Shown here in pieces: positions 36,905-50,691 of a DNA stretch of 64,000 nt. Numbering within the stretch: the stretch's first letter is position 1; every line of letters starts with the position of its first letter. The translations under genes and the position numbers were made by a program. This DNA is from Tubulanus polymorphus (lineage: Eukaryota > Animalia > Nemertea): positions 13,604,850-13,668,849 of the forward strand of contig NC_134029.1 in NCBI RefSeq assembly GCF_964204645.1. Direction: 5' to 3'. Under the pieces are notes generated by a model that was not told where the DNA came from, made no database searches, and saw only the letters and a list, made by a program, of their open reading frames with translations.

Positions 36905-38600
36905 AAACAAGAGGCCCATGGGCCTTGAAGCATTGGTAGATTAAACTGTGGTATTAAGTGGTTATAATGTTTTACATCTGCCGGCAAATCTTTTATGACG
37001 ATGTTGATTGGGAGGACCACAGACTTAAAGGTCTATTTGTCTAGTACGATTTTATTCCTGAAAATGAATTTGTTTTCAGCGGAACGATTTAGCCTAGGCT
37101 ATTTGTACTGTTAAACCTCATTAATGCGATTCTGTTAAAAAGACGAAACTAGTTTATTCTGATATTTTCCGTCATTGATATTTATATCAATCAAGATTTG
37201 GATACAAAAACCCATTTTTACGCATGAACTGTTAGGCCCCACTGAGTAATGAAAACAAAAACAGAACGATTTTTCTGAATGCAATTGCAAGATCCTCTGA
37301 TCTTAGAGCTCCAAGCTCTGATGCATGTACGCATGCAAAACGTCGCAGAGAGCGATGCCGGCGTTGGTTTCAGTGAGGCCGCCTGATGATTGTTTGTTTG
37401 TCTTTTTGTTTGTTTGGCTTTATGTACGTCGTTTGGATCTTGGTTTCCCAAGACTATTCCTATTGGATTGTTCATTTAACCTCACGACGGTAGGGCCTTT
37501 GAAGTGTTGCCCGCACACTGTTCGCAGCCAGCAGGACTCGAACCCACTTGTCACTCAGCATTGATATTGGATTCAACAGCATCACGCCTTATCCCACTGA
37601 GCTACCGAGGCCGCTCGATTAAATTCCAAAAAACTACAGCAGCGGCAAATAACCATCGCAATATTGCAATTTACGACAAACAACGCGTAAATTCAATCAC
37701 TGTTGTTTAATGCATGGAAAAGATAATAAAAGGTATTTTTTCCCGGCGTGCATTACAAAGTGAATCTCTGCCGAGTGCGTAAGAGGGCGCTACCGCCTTA
37801 TGAGTGCGCAGCAGGCGGGTAGGGTGTCCTAAAGTGAAAACTTATATTAGAATATAGCCGAATCGAATTTTACAATGTCAGTCAACTGATTGATGATACA
37901 ACATGGTTGTTCTCCACGTACTTAACAATGATATTTTCCTCCAATAAACAACTCTGGTAAAATTGTATAAAATGATCTATCTTTATTGGTGATATCCTAT
38001 CATGGTGGTAGCCTACCGTTTACCGTTTGATGTTTCGTGTCATCATGAAATGGTTTTAACTTTAGTAAAGGTGTTCCCACACGATCACATACGGGTTTCA
38101 GTCACGAGTAGGCTGCCGTTCCACTGCTCTAGAAATACATATTCTGACGCTGAGAATTAATCCCAAATAATCCCATGGATACTGATAGTTGGAATAACAG
38201 TGATATCCAAACACTGTGATATTTATAAACCGGAGGTACATAATTTTATGTTTTTCTATTCAAAAGAGGCTGTTCCCCATTCTTGACTGCCAATGTCAAT
38301 GCGGACATATCGTTACGCGATTGTTTAACCCGCTCTCATCAACCAGATAAAGAACGAGAAAAAGGCGATCTAATAACTTTTTGGACCATTAAATCAGAAA
38401 TCTGGCGACGCTATGTTGTGGGGAATAATTGAAACATTTTTTTTAGTAATTTTCAGCTGTTTCTAATGTTTTACGTGAACGGAGACAATTTGAAGTTACT
38501 ATGAAAATGAGAAGAATCGGCGCTATTTTTCCGTACTACTATTTTCAATCCATTTTACTAGCATTGACGTGACGTCATAGACGTCAACCAATGCTAAAAA
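36905..38600 (+). repeat. Dispersed repeat family A, copy 2 (contains the SINE)
   Basis: Similar to 10199-12060 and nearly identical to 62918-64000. Confidence 0.8.
37389..37612 (-). mobile_element. tRNA-derived SINE
   Basis: GGCCTCGGTAGCTCAGTGG (A box) ... GGTTCGAGTCC (B box), non-tRNA body and (AAAC)n tail. Confidence 0.8.
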
Positions 38601-39866
38601 TTGGCCTATCATAGCTTTCTTGGAATTTTCTTGGAAGTAGAAAATTTGCTGATGCAATATAGGGCCTAAAAATTGGCCTATCATAGCTTTCTTGGAATTT
38701 TCTTGGAAGTAGAAAATTTGCTGATGCAATATAGGGCCTAAGGAGAGGCTAGGCTGTTTGGACTTTTTTCGAGGACGCAAAGCACAGGAAGGTACATATT
38801 AGGCCTGAGGGTTAAATCTATTTTTTGAGCTTTTGAGTACTTTTCAGATTTGAGTTTTATCAGCAGACTGCTGTCACTATTACCAATGAAGTTGAACCAG
38901 AATATCAAATGGTGCTCCCACAATACAGTGACTACAAGGACTTGCACGGTGAAATGAGACAGGATTTCGCGGACATAAAGGAATCAAGATTGCATGACTT
39001 TTTTGCAATCTACCAAAAGAATCTAGATGCAAAGACTCAAGAATTTTATGATCAAAGGTATCTTTCCATGGGTTTTATTCAAAGATAGATACATGTATAG
39101 TTATAGTTATGTAGGCTTTTTGTTATACTTTTTATTATAATATAGGGAGTATTTGACCCTAATTCAGGGATGAAAATGGCCCATATTGAAAATGTCGAAA
39201 AAAGTTTACGGGGAAAAAAAATCACTAACTAACTAACTAGTTTCTCCGACTCCACAGTTGTGCTAACTACCGCCGAAAACCGTCTTGAGGAGCACTCCTA
39301 ACTACGGAGCACTCAGATGTGACACGCGTGATTGAGGCGATTAAAGCGATTTACACTGATCTCAGGAATGAAGAAAATGGAAGAAATGGTCGGAAATCCG
39401 TCTATGGTCGGAAGATTTTCATCCCTGCTAAGTGTCTTCGATACATAATTGGTTCAACCTTGCATATATTCAGATTCATTTCGGTTCATAAGATTATGTC
39501 GTAAAGATGAAAAGGCCTTCTTCACTTCGTCAATCTGGGCAGTCTATGTGCAACATTGATGTGTTGGTGGATCAAACAGGAGTACTACTCGAAGCACAGT
39601 GTGAGTGTGGGGCTGGCCAAGGCCATTGAAACATGTGGCCACGTTATATTTTGGTTTATCGAAATTCAGACGTAGCGGCGCAATAATCACTGAACAGACA
39701 TGTACTCAGGTGAGACTTTTAACAGTAAAGAAACAGCACAGATAACACTGGTCTTGATTTTATGTAGATATCTGGGCTTTAACATAATAGCCAGATAGCA
39801 TTCCTATATCTTGAACGATAAGTCATCAACTCTTTACTATTGTGCTACATGTATTTTAGACTCTCC

Positions 39867-40201
39867 CATCCTCCCTCTGCAGGGACTCGAACCTGATGGC
39901 ATCGAAATTGCCACGGCACGAAACCCTGCCATAATCGACTGTGTGCGCAGATACATGCGCAGCTTTCCGAACGAAAACTGGCGGCACCAATCAGATTGCT
40001 CGTTGTATAATCGTTGAGGCAAATTTCCAGGAAGAACTATAAATGGGAAAACCCGGGCTAAAATAAAACGGGATTTCTGATTGGCTAAAAATCACATCAT
40101 CTGAACTGCGCATGTATCTGCGCACACGGTCGATTATGGCAGGGTTTCGTGCCGTGGCAATTACAATGCCATCAGGTTCGAATCCCTGCCGGGGGAGGAT
40201 G
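39867..40201. mobile_element. MITE with about 100-bp TIRs and 9-bp TSD (MULE-like)
   Basis: agactctcc|CATCCTCCC...GGGAGGATG|agactctcc; arms are near-perfect reverse complements. Confidence 0.9.
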
Positions 40202-40661
40202 AGACTCTCCAAACATTTCATCGAGCGAAAGCCTTCAACATGAGCCCAATAAGTGCCAAGCACTACAACATCTCAACATCTCTGTCATCAGGAATCTTTG
40301 GATTTTGATTCTAGACGAATGAAATATCGCAAGTTATCAGGCAAAATGGATAGGCTCAGAATTGTTTGTATTAATCATCAGGTAAGCATCAAGATTTTCA
40401 AAAACATGACACATGCACAGTCAATATGCTGATATATGTCACATGATCTTTTTGCAGATCACGGCGTCTTTTCCAGCTCTTCAGCTTTTTCTGCCTGCAA
40501 ATCCCCTCGCTCAAATTCTCGATCATGATTACATGTCACTTCAAGATACTCAAAAATATTTGGAGAATAAAACAGTTAAAATTTTCAATGACCCAATGGA
40601 TTCCAAAAAATGATAATTATCATTTGATAACTGATTATGATATATTCGTGATCTATTTCAG

Positions 40662-41390
40662 CTTACTTCCATAACTGATGATGAAATTAAAGAAGTTGAA
40701 ACTAGGATAAAGGATCAGGCAAAGTCAACCATTTGGAAGACGGAATGTACAATTACTTCATCAAACTTTGGAATGATATGCAAAGCAGTGCGCACAGATT
40801 TGGATGCATTGGCAAAATCTCTGACATCCAAAAAAGAACTTAGTTGTAGGGCAATTATTCATGGAAGGAAATACGCGAGTGTTGCGATTGAAAAATACAA
40901 GAAAATTACTCGCCAGAAAACAAAAAAATCAGGACTTCATGTTTACAAGGATTTACCCTATCTAGCTGCTTCACCAGATGCCGTTATAGACGATGATACT
41001 GTGGTCGAGGTTAAATGCCCCTATACAAGCAGAAGTGATGTTATATCCGACGTATCCGTCCCTTATCTAGAGATGACAGATTGTGGATTATTGCTAAAAC
41101 ATACACACGACTACTATTATCAGATTCAGGGACAACTCATGTGCACCAATTCCAAGTCGTGTATTTTTATTGTTTACACTAAGGATCTTAAGTGTAATAA
41201 AATTAAAAGAGATGAACCTTTCATTAAAATGAGAAATAAGCTTGTCCTATTCTTTAAGAACCATTTCAAAGATTTGATAATTAATAAATTCATGTACAAA
41301 AACTACTTTGATTATAACTTTAGCCGTGTTTTTTTCACAGCCAAAATATTTGGTTTGAAAAGCAATTTACAAAATATTTCATATCAATAA
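40662..41390 (+). pseudogene. YqaJ/lambda-exonuclease-like nuclease exon of ISL2EU element 1
   Basis: ITSSNFG, HG..Y, SPD, EVKCP and YYQIQGQ motifs. Confidence 0.85.
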
Positions 41391-44300
41391 ATCATCTATA
41401 TACATTCTACATATCATGTCTTATTTGAGGAAATCCATATCTTGAAAATCACTAGAAATCCAGACTTCATGCATCTGTAGGTACAATGCAAGTTCTAAAA
41501 TTACATAGGATGAAATAGATTTTGATGATTTTAGAAGCGTGTGAAGACTCAGTGTTGTTCATTGGTTCAGTTAAAATCTTGAAGGTCTTAGCTAGACCAA
41601 TAATCCATTCAATATGATCCCTTTTGCTTGCAATCTTTCTATCACTAAGTACCACAGATCCAGATTTGTGTTTTTCAATTCAGATCCTGTTTTTCTTACT
41701 AACGAATTTGATTGTGTCATTGGCTGGTACAAAGATTGGCTTATTGAAAATACCTCTTTGATATATTAAATATTCCTTTCCATAGAATGCACATCACAAA
41801 TTTCAATGAACAATAGCAAACCATTAGAAGCTACCGGTTTCAGATTTCAGGGGAATAAAAAGGACGGCCATTTGAAACAGGAAAAGTCAGGAAAATAAGC
41901 TGTTTTACAGATCTAACTGTGGGTTTTAATTTGTTAATATACCCCATATATAACCTCATGCTGCACAAAGCCAATGATGGCTTGGAGATGCTTTGACTTG
42001 ATATTCATCAAACCTATGTGATTAACGAATTTACCAGTCTTAAGTATTCGAAGGGATTATAAAACAAGAAGACCATAAGGTCCATGTGACAGTGTTTGGA
42101 ATTGACTAAATAGTAGTGAGTGGATGCATTAGGAGATATCAGTTTTATTAGTGAAAACAAATTCACATTTTCACGGTTCCCGTGAGGCTGATTTTTTAAC
42201 CGTTAAATGGACATTTTTCCCCAGGCAAAGTGGTCCTATTTTCCCCTAAATCCTGCATGATTCGAGGAATTGTGAAAATAAACTGATTATTTGTTCTCTA
42301 AAGACATTATAGTGTTCTAATTTTAGTTTATTTCAATCTAACGATCCTTTCCAATAGTAAAATGTGTGATCTACCTTACCTACAAAGCATAGTTTTATCG
42401 GCCAGACATCCTACACACCCTACTTTCCATAATGGTATAGTCCACACATTAAGTTAAGTTTGGCACTCTCTCACATGTCAGTTTAATGCTTATGTCAACT
42501 TTAGTCACCCATTATAAATCGTCTATATTCATTTCAGATGTTCATGTGACAGGCACATACTACTGAGTGGTAGTTTTAATTACAGCAAAGACCACATACC
42601 ACATAATAATATAAGAATGCGCTTAAAATGGCTCCAAAAATCCTCAAAACTTCCCCCTTCGGGCTTCACGCCTGATATGTTCGTCTTTGCACGGATACAC
42701 GCTTGTAAAATTTTTCCCCCAATAAAGAGTAACGGACACGTTTTTCTAACTATCACGAAAACCTTGCGTATCACATTATATCTTTTTTTCTAATACCGCG
42801 TGCTGAACGGTTAATTTTTCATCAGTCAATCTGAGTAGGCCTGTGTTTATACGAGGTGGGATGCAGCCGCTATCTGGCCGTGTGTATACAGCACTGCTGT
42901 CTCTAGCTTACTACATGTACTAACTCACTCGAGGTATTCCCCCAGAGTACACGATGGTCGCATACTGGTGTTTTTCATCATGAAAATCTCTCACTCGCAG
43001 TGATTTCAAGAAATAAAATCCAGTCTAGCGACGAATCGGGCAGAGAAAATAATCTACCGATCCTCTCCCAATCAGTTTAAACCACTAACTGTGCAGTTTG
43101 TATGAACTACCTACCGATGTATCAGTGCACGAGCACATGTGAGGATAGAAATTTGGACAACACTTCATTGCCGGGTAAAACCGATATAAACAATTCACTG
43201 ACAGGTAGGCCCTTAATGATGAGTGTTTTGAATTATCTGTGCTAAATAATTGTTACTTTGTTTCATCACTCATCACCTCAATATGTTGTATATACACGTG
43301 TCACTGGTAGAGCCGGGTATCTGTGTATACATAATACAATGGTTGTATGTATTAGTAATCGCCTGATGATAGTACACAGCACCCTCACACATTGGCCTGC
43401 AGGTATTGTGCTAGTGTAACGTCAAATTAGACAAACTAATTGACAAATCGAGTGAATTAAACTCTTCGATAAAGGGCTTTGGCTTATTGGTAGAAAATTT
43501 GTGAAATCCATTCAGAGTTAGATATGGCTAAATCAAGTCATAACGATGATTTAACCCATCTACAGACACAACGTTTACAAGGTGCCTGGTCACACTAAAT
43601 GATGTAGTCATAAGTATATTAATCGAAATCCTAAATGAATAGATTTCAATAACTTTGATGAACTTGTAATGGAAATATTTCTTAAATGATTGCGATCGAT
43701 TACCATTCCGTGTGATACGATGATAAAAGCTTTTAAAAGCCGAGGAGCAGTATAAAAGCCCAATCAATGTCAAAGATGGCAGTACCCATGAAGCAATAGA
43801 GCAGTGGAGAGCTCCAACGGTTGAAACTGGAAATCTCCTATTATCTCTGTCAGTTATCCGATTTGGACCCTCCTTTTTGTCAGACATGTGTATTAATGTG
43901 TAATCTATTCATTTCTGCAGTAAAAAATGTGTTTTAGGCCCTCCTCTACGAGAAATTAAGCTTTTTAGTTGGATTTCCTTCAAAATTTGAATCTTTGAAT
44001 GACATAGAGGGAGGAGTTATCCAGTGAATTAGTGTAGCTCACAGAGCACAGTAACAGTAATTTGATACCCATAGTCATCAGTATACATAAACAAAACATA
44101 GCCTCATTCATAGTACCAAAATTTGGCAACATCAAAACTTTTTCTATGGTCAATGGATCAGTCTGAAATTTCGTGCACTTGTTTAGCTATCTACCATCAA
44201 AGTTGTGTCCAAATTGCATCGAAATCGGATAAAAATTAATGATTTTCAAAAAAATCTGAAATGTCTCTAAAATCTTTAATCTTGGCCCTATCTCTACAAA

Positions 44301-45639
44301 AAAAGATCATGAGAAACATGATTTTCATTCCCACTATGACTAGATTATTCAAAATTAGTTTAGAACTTGATATGAAAACTTTTATGAATTTGTAAAATTT
44401 AACTGTGTGTGACCTGCTTTTCTGTTGTGAGCCAACCTCATTCACTCTAAACATTATAAACAAGAAACTGTAGTAAGTGGGAAGGCCGATCTCAAGTGTT
44501 TACCACCCGGCTAACTAGCATCCATACTCCTCGGCCTTTAACCAAAATCCCAGAATAATTTTTTTCTCCATAGAAACTAGCGTGTGTTTCACAAGACATG
44601 CAACATACACAACCGATCTCGACAAAATAGCTCTCTCATTCCTTAAGAGCTAAAAATGCGCTTTTTAAAGAACTTTGTTTTGGGCTTTGAAATAACACAT
44701 TTTGATTAATATCTATATAGATGCAGCCATTTCATAATTAATAGATAATCTAGAACACATTTGGGTCTAAACAAGAACCTCTATTCACTTATCATTAATG
44801 ATGCAATCTGTGGGTTTGTCAAAACTGTTGACTAATTAACACAGAACAATTGTGTTTTTACAAGTAGCACAGACGGCAGGAACGAATGCCTCAGATCAAT
44901 CCTTTCCTTTTGATTTATTGATTTGAATGTAGCATAAAATTGAATTGGATTTGATGTTATTTTAAAAATCCATAGCAGCAAAAACAGTACAAATCTCATT
45001 TCTAATGAGTAACATATATTTATAATAGCGAACGTTTTTGGGAGTTACAATTGTATTTAGGTGTATTTAGTTTCTTTGCTTGCCTTGCTAGGCGAAGGAT
45101 TACAGTACATCTGTCATGGATAAGATTCCTTAATCTCCTTGCAACCAAAGGGACAAACGAACTGCAACAGGTCAGTTCCCTACTGGCCTGGACTGCCTGG
45201 CTGGAGGCGGGCAGCAACCAACCAACAAGGAGAAAAATCCATCCTACAGTCATGCATGGCCCCCGACACCTGCCGATGCCGATAAGGGCAACGGCTCAGA
45301 ATCAGTCACTGCCATTCATCGGAACACTTGCTCCAAATGCTGGAGCCCAGAGACAAAATGAATCTAGATTTCAAGTAAGGTAATGTTTCATTACCTTGAT
45401 TGGCTGATTAAGGTGATTTTCAAGGGAAATCGCTGAAGAAAGTTGTCCTTGGCAAATGCAATACGTGAAATGTAATGAATTCCCAACTATTTCCCTGATT
45501 TGAGGAAAATTTTTCAAACTCTCAAATATTTCCAAACCGGGAATTATTATTTCAAAATTCCCAGGTATTTCCCAATTTCCCTGTACTGTGGGAACCATGC
45601 TCACAAGTGGGATGAAGGTTTTGCATCCCTAACACTTAC

Positions 45640-45769
45640 GTGCTTTTTTTTACGTTTTCTAAACTCGCTCTTGATCATTTTGCTACGTTCATCTTTTTCC
45701 TTTTGCCATTGGTCATATTCGCGGTGATAATCTCCTTCACCATCAGACTCAGATGATGGATCCCATTCA
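45640..45769 (-). CDS. RECQL5: RECQL5 exon (EWDPSSESDGEGDYHREYDQWQKEKDERSKMIKSEFRKRKKKH)
   Basis: 130-nt exon, phase 2 in and 0 out, fitting neighbours; helix preceding the KIX domain. Confidence 0.8.
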
Positions 45770-47544
45770 CTAGAATTATAAAGCTATGCACATTATTGTT
45801 CAGGAAAATTTAGGTAAAAATAAAATATAAGCGCGGTTTGTATACACATCTCACTTCAACATTAGTGGGCAAATAATAATATTTGAAAAGCAAATACTAC
45901 TGCCAATAATTCGTGTTACCATGTAACAACGCTTCTTGCGTACTCAGAAAATGGGAATTTATACATGAAATTTGAATTCCATACAAAATGCCTAATGTTT
46001 AGGCTAGAGATGGCAGATATGGTCAGCTTGAGTGCTAAAGGAATTAAACAGCTGGTCAATGCAAGAAAAAATTGAAATGCATAAATAAAATAAGCCAGAG
46101 GACTAATATACTGTGGTTTTAACTATCATAACCACAGCAGTTTTGAATGCTGTTCCTAGGGTTTGTATAATTTAAATTATCTCCAGTGTCATTATCATTA
46201 TTAAACTTAAAGTCTATGCTAGCCTAAGCGGATCTCATTTAACAAGGTTAAATCCATAAATTTATTTGTTCGCTTGTGCAGTGACCGCAAAGAAGTCATG
46301 GGGTTGCACTGAAACTCAATTTGAAAGGTATGATATGTTTTAAGTTTAATTCCATAAAATTTTTACGTATTTGTTGAGCATTTTCACTGCGCTAATTCGG
46401 ACTCAATTTCTAGCTATGGAATTCGGATTGGTTAAGCGTAGTGGCGTTTAATAACACATGTATGTATTTAGCTTATCATTTAGGGGCTAGTTGCAGTTTG
46501 ATTATCATTCAGTACATTGTTAGTATTATTATTGAGATATTTTCCAGTTAGAATTGAATGTTATTGTAATAATATTGTCATTCAGACGGGCTTGAACATA
46601 CTTAATATATCATTGGGTCATATCACTATCGGAAGTTGGGTTTCATATTTTTTTTTCAGAAACCAGTCAATTGGTATCGTCAGTTGGACCAGTTGAGTTA
46701 GAATAGTCAGTTGCAAGAAAAAATAAATATTATCAAATTCAACTACTGCGTTTGAGTTTTGATTGATTGCCGGCACATAGACAAAGACAATGTCGGTAGC
46801 CAATAAGGCAGGCAGTTCTTAGAAAGCTGCTGTGACCGCCAAAGCACTGCCGGTAAAAGACCTGTGTTTTAAGCCGATGTCTTCCAGAGGATCGTAGCAG
46901 CTCCTCTCCCCCATTTACGAATGTGGGACTCGACATATTCAGCCCATTTTATGCATATGGGTCGTTCGACAGTGCAAAGGTCCCCCACTCAATCCAGTCT
47001 CATGAGCCATGTGAAGACTTCTGGATGAAAATTGCACTAATATTCATGTTAGAATATCATAATCTTTGATAAAAACGTAAATAATCACAGTTTAGAACAA
47101 TTAGAAAATAAGAAAATTTTGGGGGAATATTAATTTGGAAAACAGCTTTGCGATATAACAACAGCCCCGAGGGGCACTATGGCCAGCCTGTCAGCTTTTC
47201 ATAAAATGGCAAATGATGATGCATTCTGTGAGTTAAATATTGGGTCAAAATACACTCCCAGCTTAAGTCAATACCTAATAATTTGCACAATACAATCATA
47301 GAATACAAACATAGCACAGAGTGACCAAATACCTCAGATAAATCCTTTCCCTTGGTCTTATTGATTTTAATGCAGAATAGAATTACATTTTCTAAAATAA
47401 ACTAAAATTGAATTGGATTAGATGTTTCATTTGTTCAAACAAGCCATATTGAATTGGATTTGATATTTTTTGCAGAATAAAATTTGATTGAACTTGGATT
47501 TCGAGCACATGGCTAATTAGCATATTAAGGTCATCCAGCGTTTT

Positions 47545-48615
47545 AGAAACTTTGTCGTCTTTGAAGTTGGCGATAATGTTCGAAAGTCCTTTATTGAATT
47601 TGTTTTGCATAATTTTAAGCGGGTTTGACTTAAGTTTTTTGTATACTTCCTGATTGTTTAGCAGATCTTGTATTTTAGAATTGTAAGAATTGGTATCCAT
47701 TAGTACAATTTTTCCTCCTTTATTGGATTTAGATATGCGGATTGTCTTAATTGTCCGAAGTTCACTAAGAGCTGATCTAAACCGGCGCAGGAAAAAATCA
47801 TTATATAGAGTTTTAAGTTGGTCCGAAATAGAGTCTAAGTTCATATAAATAAAACCATAATTGATGCTGTTGTGATCTTGGTATTCAAGTTGCTGTAAAA
47901 AATCTATAAGGTGAGGTTTCTGGTGCGGTAAAGCGAAATTAAGTCCATATCCGAGCACTTGTATTTGCGATTTTGACAGATTCGTAGATGAAAGGTTCAC
48001 AACATTATCGATGTTAGTGAAACTCGACCAAGGACTTTTGTCAATGAGAGTATCCGACTGTTTCGAATAAATGGTGGATCTTTTTAGTTTATTATTTATA
48101 CATAAACGTCTTACTAGAGATTGAAGTTGGTTCCAAAGAAATAGGTCCGGTATTTGAGATTTTATAGATTTTTGCGCTTGCCGTTGTTTAAAAAAGTTCC
48201 CCTTAAAAAATCCAACTTATCTACAAATCTAAATACTGGTTTCTCTCCTCATTATCAATTATTATCCAGACATATCAACTCTCTACTCGATTTTGGTTAA
48301 TGTCACTATGTGTCACACTGCTATCCCCATCCAATTTCTACTCCACTTAAGTTACATAATTTGTATTCATCCTAACTGTTTTTAGAATTTTGTGGTTTCT
48401 ATGGTACACCTGGTTGTTTTCACATGTCACTTGTTCTGTTTACATTTATTCGACACATCGCTTTTGTTTATGTCCTGTAAGTTTGTATGCTACGTTACTT
48501 CTGTTTTCTGGTCATCCCACCTGATGATGGCTGTTTGTCAAAAGCTGAAACGTTGTTGTTTCATTTTAATAAATTATCTCATATAAAATCTGAATAGTGG
48601 GACTTCTTCCATTGA
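47545..48615 (-). mobile_element. Penelope-like element fragment: N-terminal ORF region (minus) plus inverted pseudo-LTR with hammerhead motif
   Basis: VNLSS..LS..QIQVLGYGLNFA...ISKSNKGGKIVLMD..Y..K...LL...YKKL..NP (PLE pre-RT motif); ccacCTGATGAtggct...agctGAAACgtt at 48517-48558. It interrupts a repeat whose intact paralog is at about 60275-61150. Confidence 0.8.
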
Positions 48616-49845
48616 TCATAGAGGAGTCTTTGCTCTCTGATTCGCTTTTTTAAACAGATATTTTTGTGATCAGATCTTCGTGAAAAAGCTCATATTAATT
48701 TCAACGAGGCCCTCTTTCAAAATTCAGCTTCATAGAGTTTCGAGAATGGATAATGCTTTAATGAAGGATTTGTATGAATATAAGCTCAGTTGCACAGTCA
48801 AAGAGCCTTTGCTCTGGAAACCATGTCATTTAAATTCGCTCCATTTGTATAGTAATAGGCTCGGCCTTTACGGGCCTTATACCTTCATGACGCAGTAGAA
48901 GAAGAATGATGCAGTATTCAAAATTTACAGAAACATTTACATTGTAACGATCTAACAAATTTTATAATAGTTAAGATGGTATAGGCGATGTGGCGACTAT
49001 GTTCATTTTCTGTTAATATATCCTTACATTAAAAGACAAGCCCATTTTAGCTGCCCCAAAGATCACACTACATGAAAAAATGCATCAAGAATTGGTGTAG
49101 GCATCATGATGAAAAGAAATACAAGATGGATGGCAACCCTGGTGGCCATACTTGAATTCAATTTTCTATCAGGGGTAGACACTTCACCTACCAAAATTCT
49201 TACACCTAGAATCATGAAAACCCGACGCTCTCACCAGATTTTGTGGAAATACATCAAGAATTGCGGGCTGCATTGCGCAAACAAGAAATTCAAGATGGCC
49301 ACCCCAATGGCAGCCATATTTGATCACCAATGACATTTGTTTACAATAGGGGTGGACAACTCGCCAGACCCAATCTTCAAGGCTAATTTTCAAAAAGATT
49401 CATCGCAAATTACAGGCAAGATTCGACTTTTTGAAAAACCAGCACAGATGCCTATTCAAATCACATGTAATAAACAATTCAGTGCTTCTTAGTTTGATGT
49501 CCCTGTTTTCATCGCGCAGTGGTTAAAATCATTGTTTACATCGAATGTCTTCAACAGCTGATACAACTGCACCCGCGTCTGTCAATCATCTTAATTGATT
49601 CATATACTAAAATGCTCACTATGAAAAAACAATGCGGTAAATCAATCCAGAATTTTTCAGTAGAATGTCAGACACTAGGTACCTTTCTTTAAAGGTTTAT
49701 TTGTTGTATGTCATTAACAATCAGTTATATAATACTTTATTCATAACTTTGAAGCGGCGTGCCGGCAGAAAACGCTCAAGCAAGGTCAGTCACGTAGGCC
49801 AACAATAACACGAAACAGACCACGGTTTGCCGTTTTTGGCGTTAA

Positions 49846-50301
49846 CTCTTTGCCTGCCAGGCCTATTTTTCAGAAAAAGTTGCGCCTTGCCAGGATTTCT
49901 GTGTTTTTCAGATTCATAAAACAAAAACTAAAAGAGATATCATCATCAAATTTGTTTTATTTTGTTCATCTGGTCTTGCTTTGTCGTGTAAAATAAGCGG
50001 CATTTCATCTAGAAGTGATAAAATCTGCAGCAATCACCAATGCAGAGGGGGTATTTCGCATAAAATATGCCTATTCATGCGTGTTCAGCCCCCATTTCAA
50101 TAGATGACATCACTAACACACTGCATAGAACGACTGATGATAGTTTGTTTTAGTAGTAAAAGGCATTAAACTAACTGGTGTTGTACGATGAATTCGCCAT
50201 CTATCGTTAACATTAAGAAACAAGTCAACCGAGACAGCACAGATTGGCAGGCATGTGATGGGAGATATTGAACGTACCAGTACATTTTTGGCAGGCAAAA
50301 A
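49846..50301. mobile_element. Degenerate piggyBac-type MITE inserted in a dispersed repeat
   Basis: ttaa|ctctttgcctgcca ... tggcaggcaaaa; absent from the paralogous repeat near 8620-8650. Confidence 0.55.
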
Positions 50302-50649
50302 TAAAAATTACACATAAATTAGAGCGACTGTAATGGACCATTTGTTGTCACTAACCTTTAATAAACTTTGTATGGATACAATCGAGATAATTCCACCCTA
50401 TAATTCCACTGTTTAACGAACGACGTGCAGCTTAAACATGGCGCTGCCATTCAATACGCTAGTCACGATGTATCTCTACACACATCAAAATCAAACTTGA
50501 ATTAAAAGTGTTGACTTATGAGAAACGAACGAAATCTAGCAATTTGATTAGGAAAATAGCAACACTATAATAAGATAAAATCCCACTATTTACAGATTAT
50601 AAGAATTTAAAAACCAGAATTTATTTATTAAAACTAAAATATATAAAAG

Positions 50650-50691
50650 ACACGACGTTTCGATCTCACCCTAGAGATCATCGTCAGGTGT
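50650..50691 (-). ncRNA. Minimal type I hammerhead ribozyme in a Penelope-like pseudo-LTR (insertion about 50570-50885)
   Basis: ACAC-CUGACGA-U-GAUCUC(uagggu)GAGAUC-GAAAC-GUC-GUGU: intact core, stem I ACAC/GUGU, stem II of 6 bp, GUC cleavage triplet. Confidence 0.8.

Larger units (their letters stand above)
38730..41900. mobile_element. ISL2EU-type (PIF/Harbinger-related) transposon 1, decayed; boundaries approximate
   Basis: Plus strand: spliced SWIM (EAQCECGAGQG...KHVA) plus YqaJ nuclease (YLAASPDAVI...EVKCP...YYYQIQGQL). Minus strand, convergent: transposase C-terminus (IASKRDHIEWIIGLAKTFKIL, 41467-41655) and a THAP remnant near 41700-41823. Confidence 0.8.

Noticed and set aside
37508-37612. 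Functional tRNA gene
   Set aside because: A and B boxes are present, but there is no proper cloverleaf or acceptor stem; it is followed by a SINE body and (AAAC)n tail.
37218-37710. ORFs conserved between 37218-37710 and 63240-63732 (also 8867-9218)
   Set aside because: Conservation reflects recent repeat copies; overlapping frames with no protein motifs.
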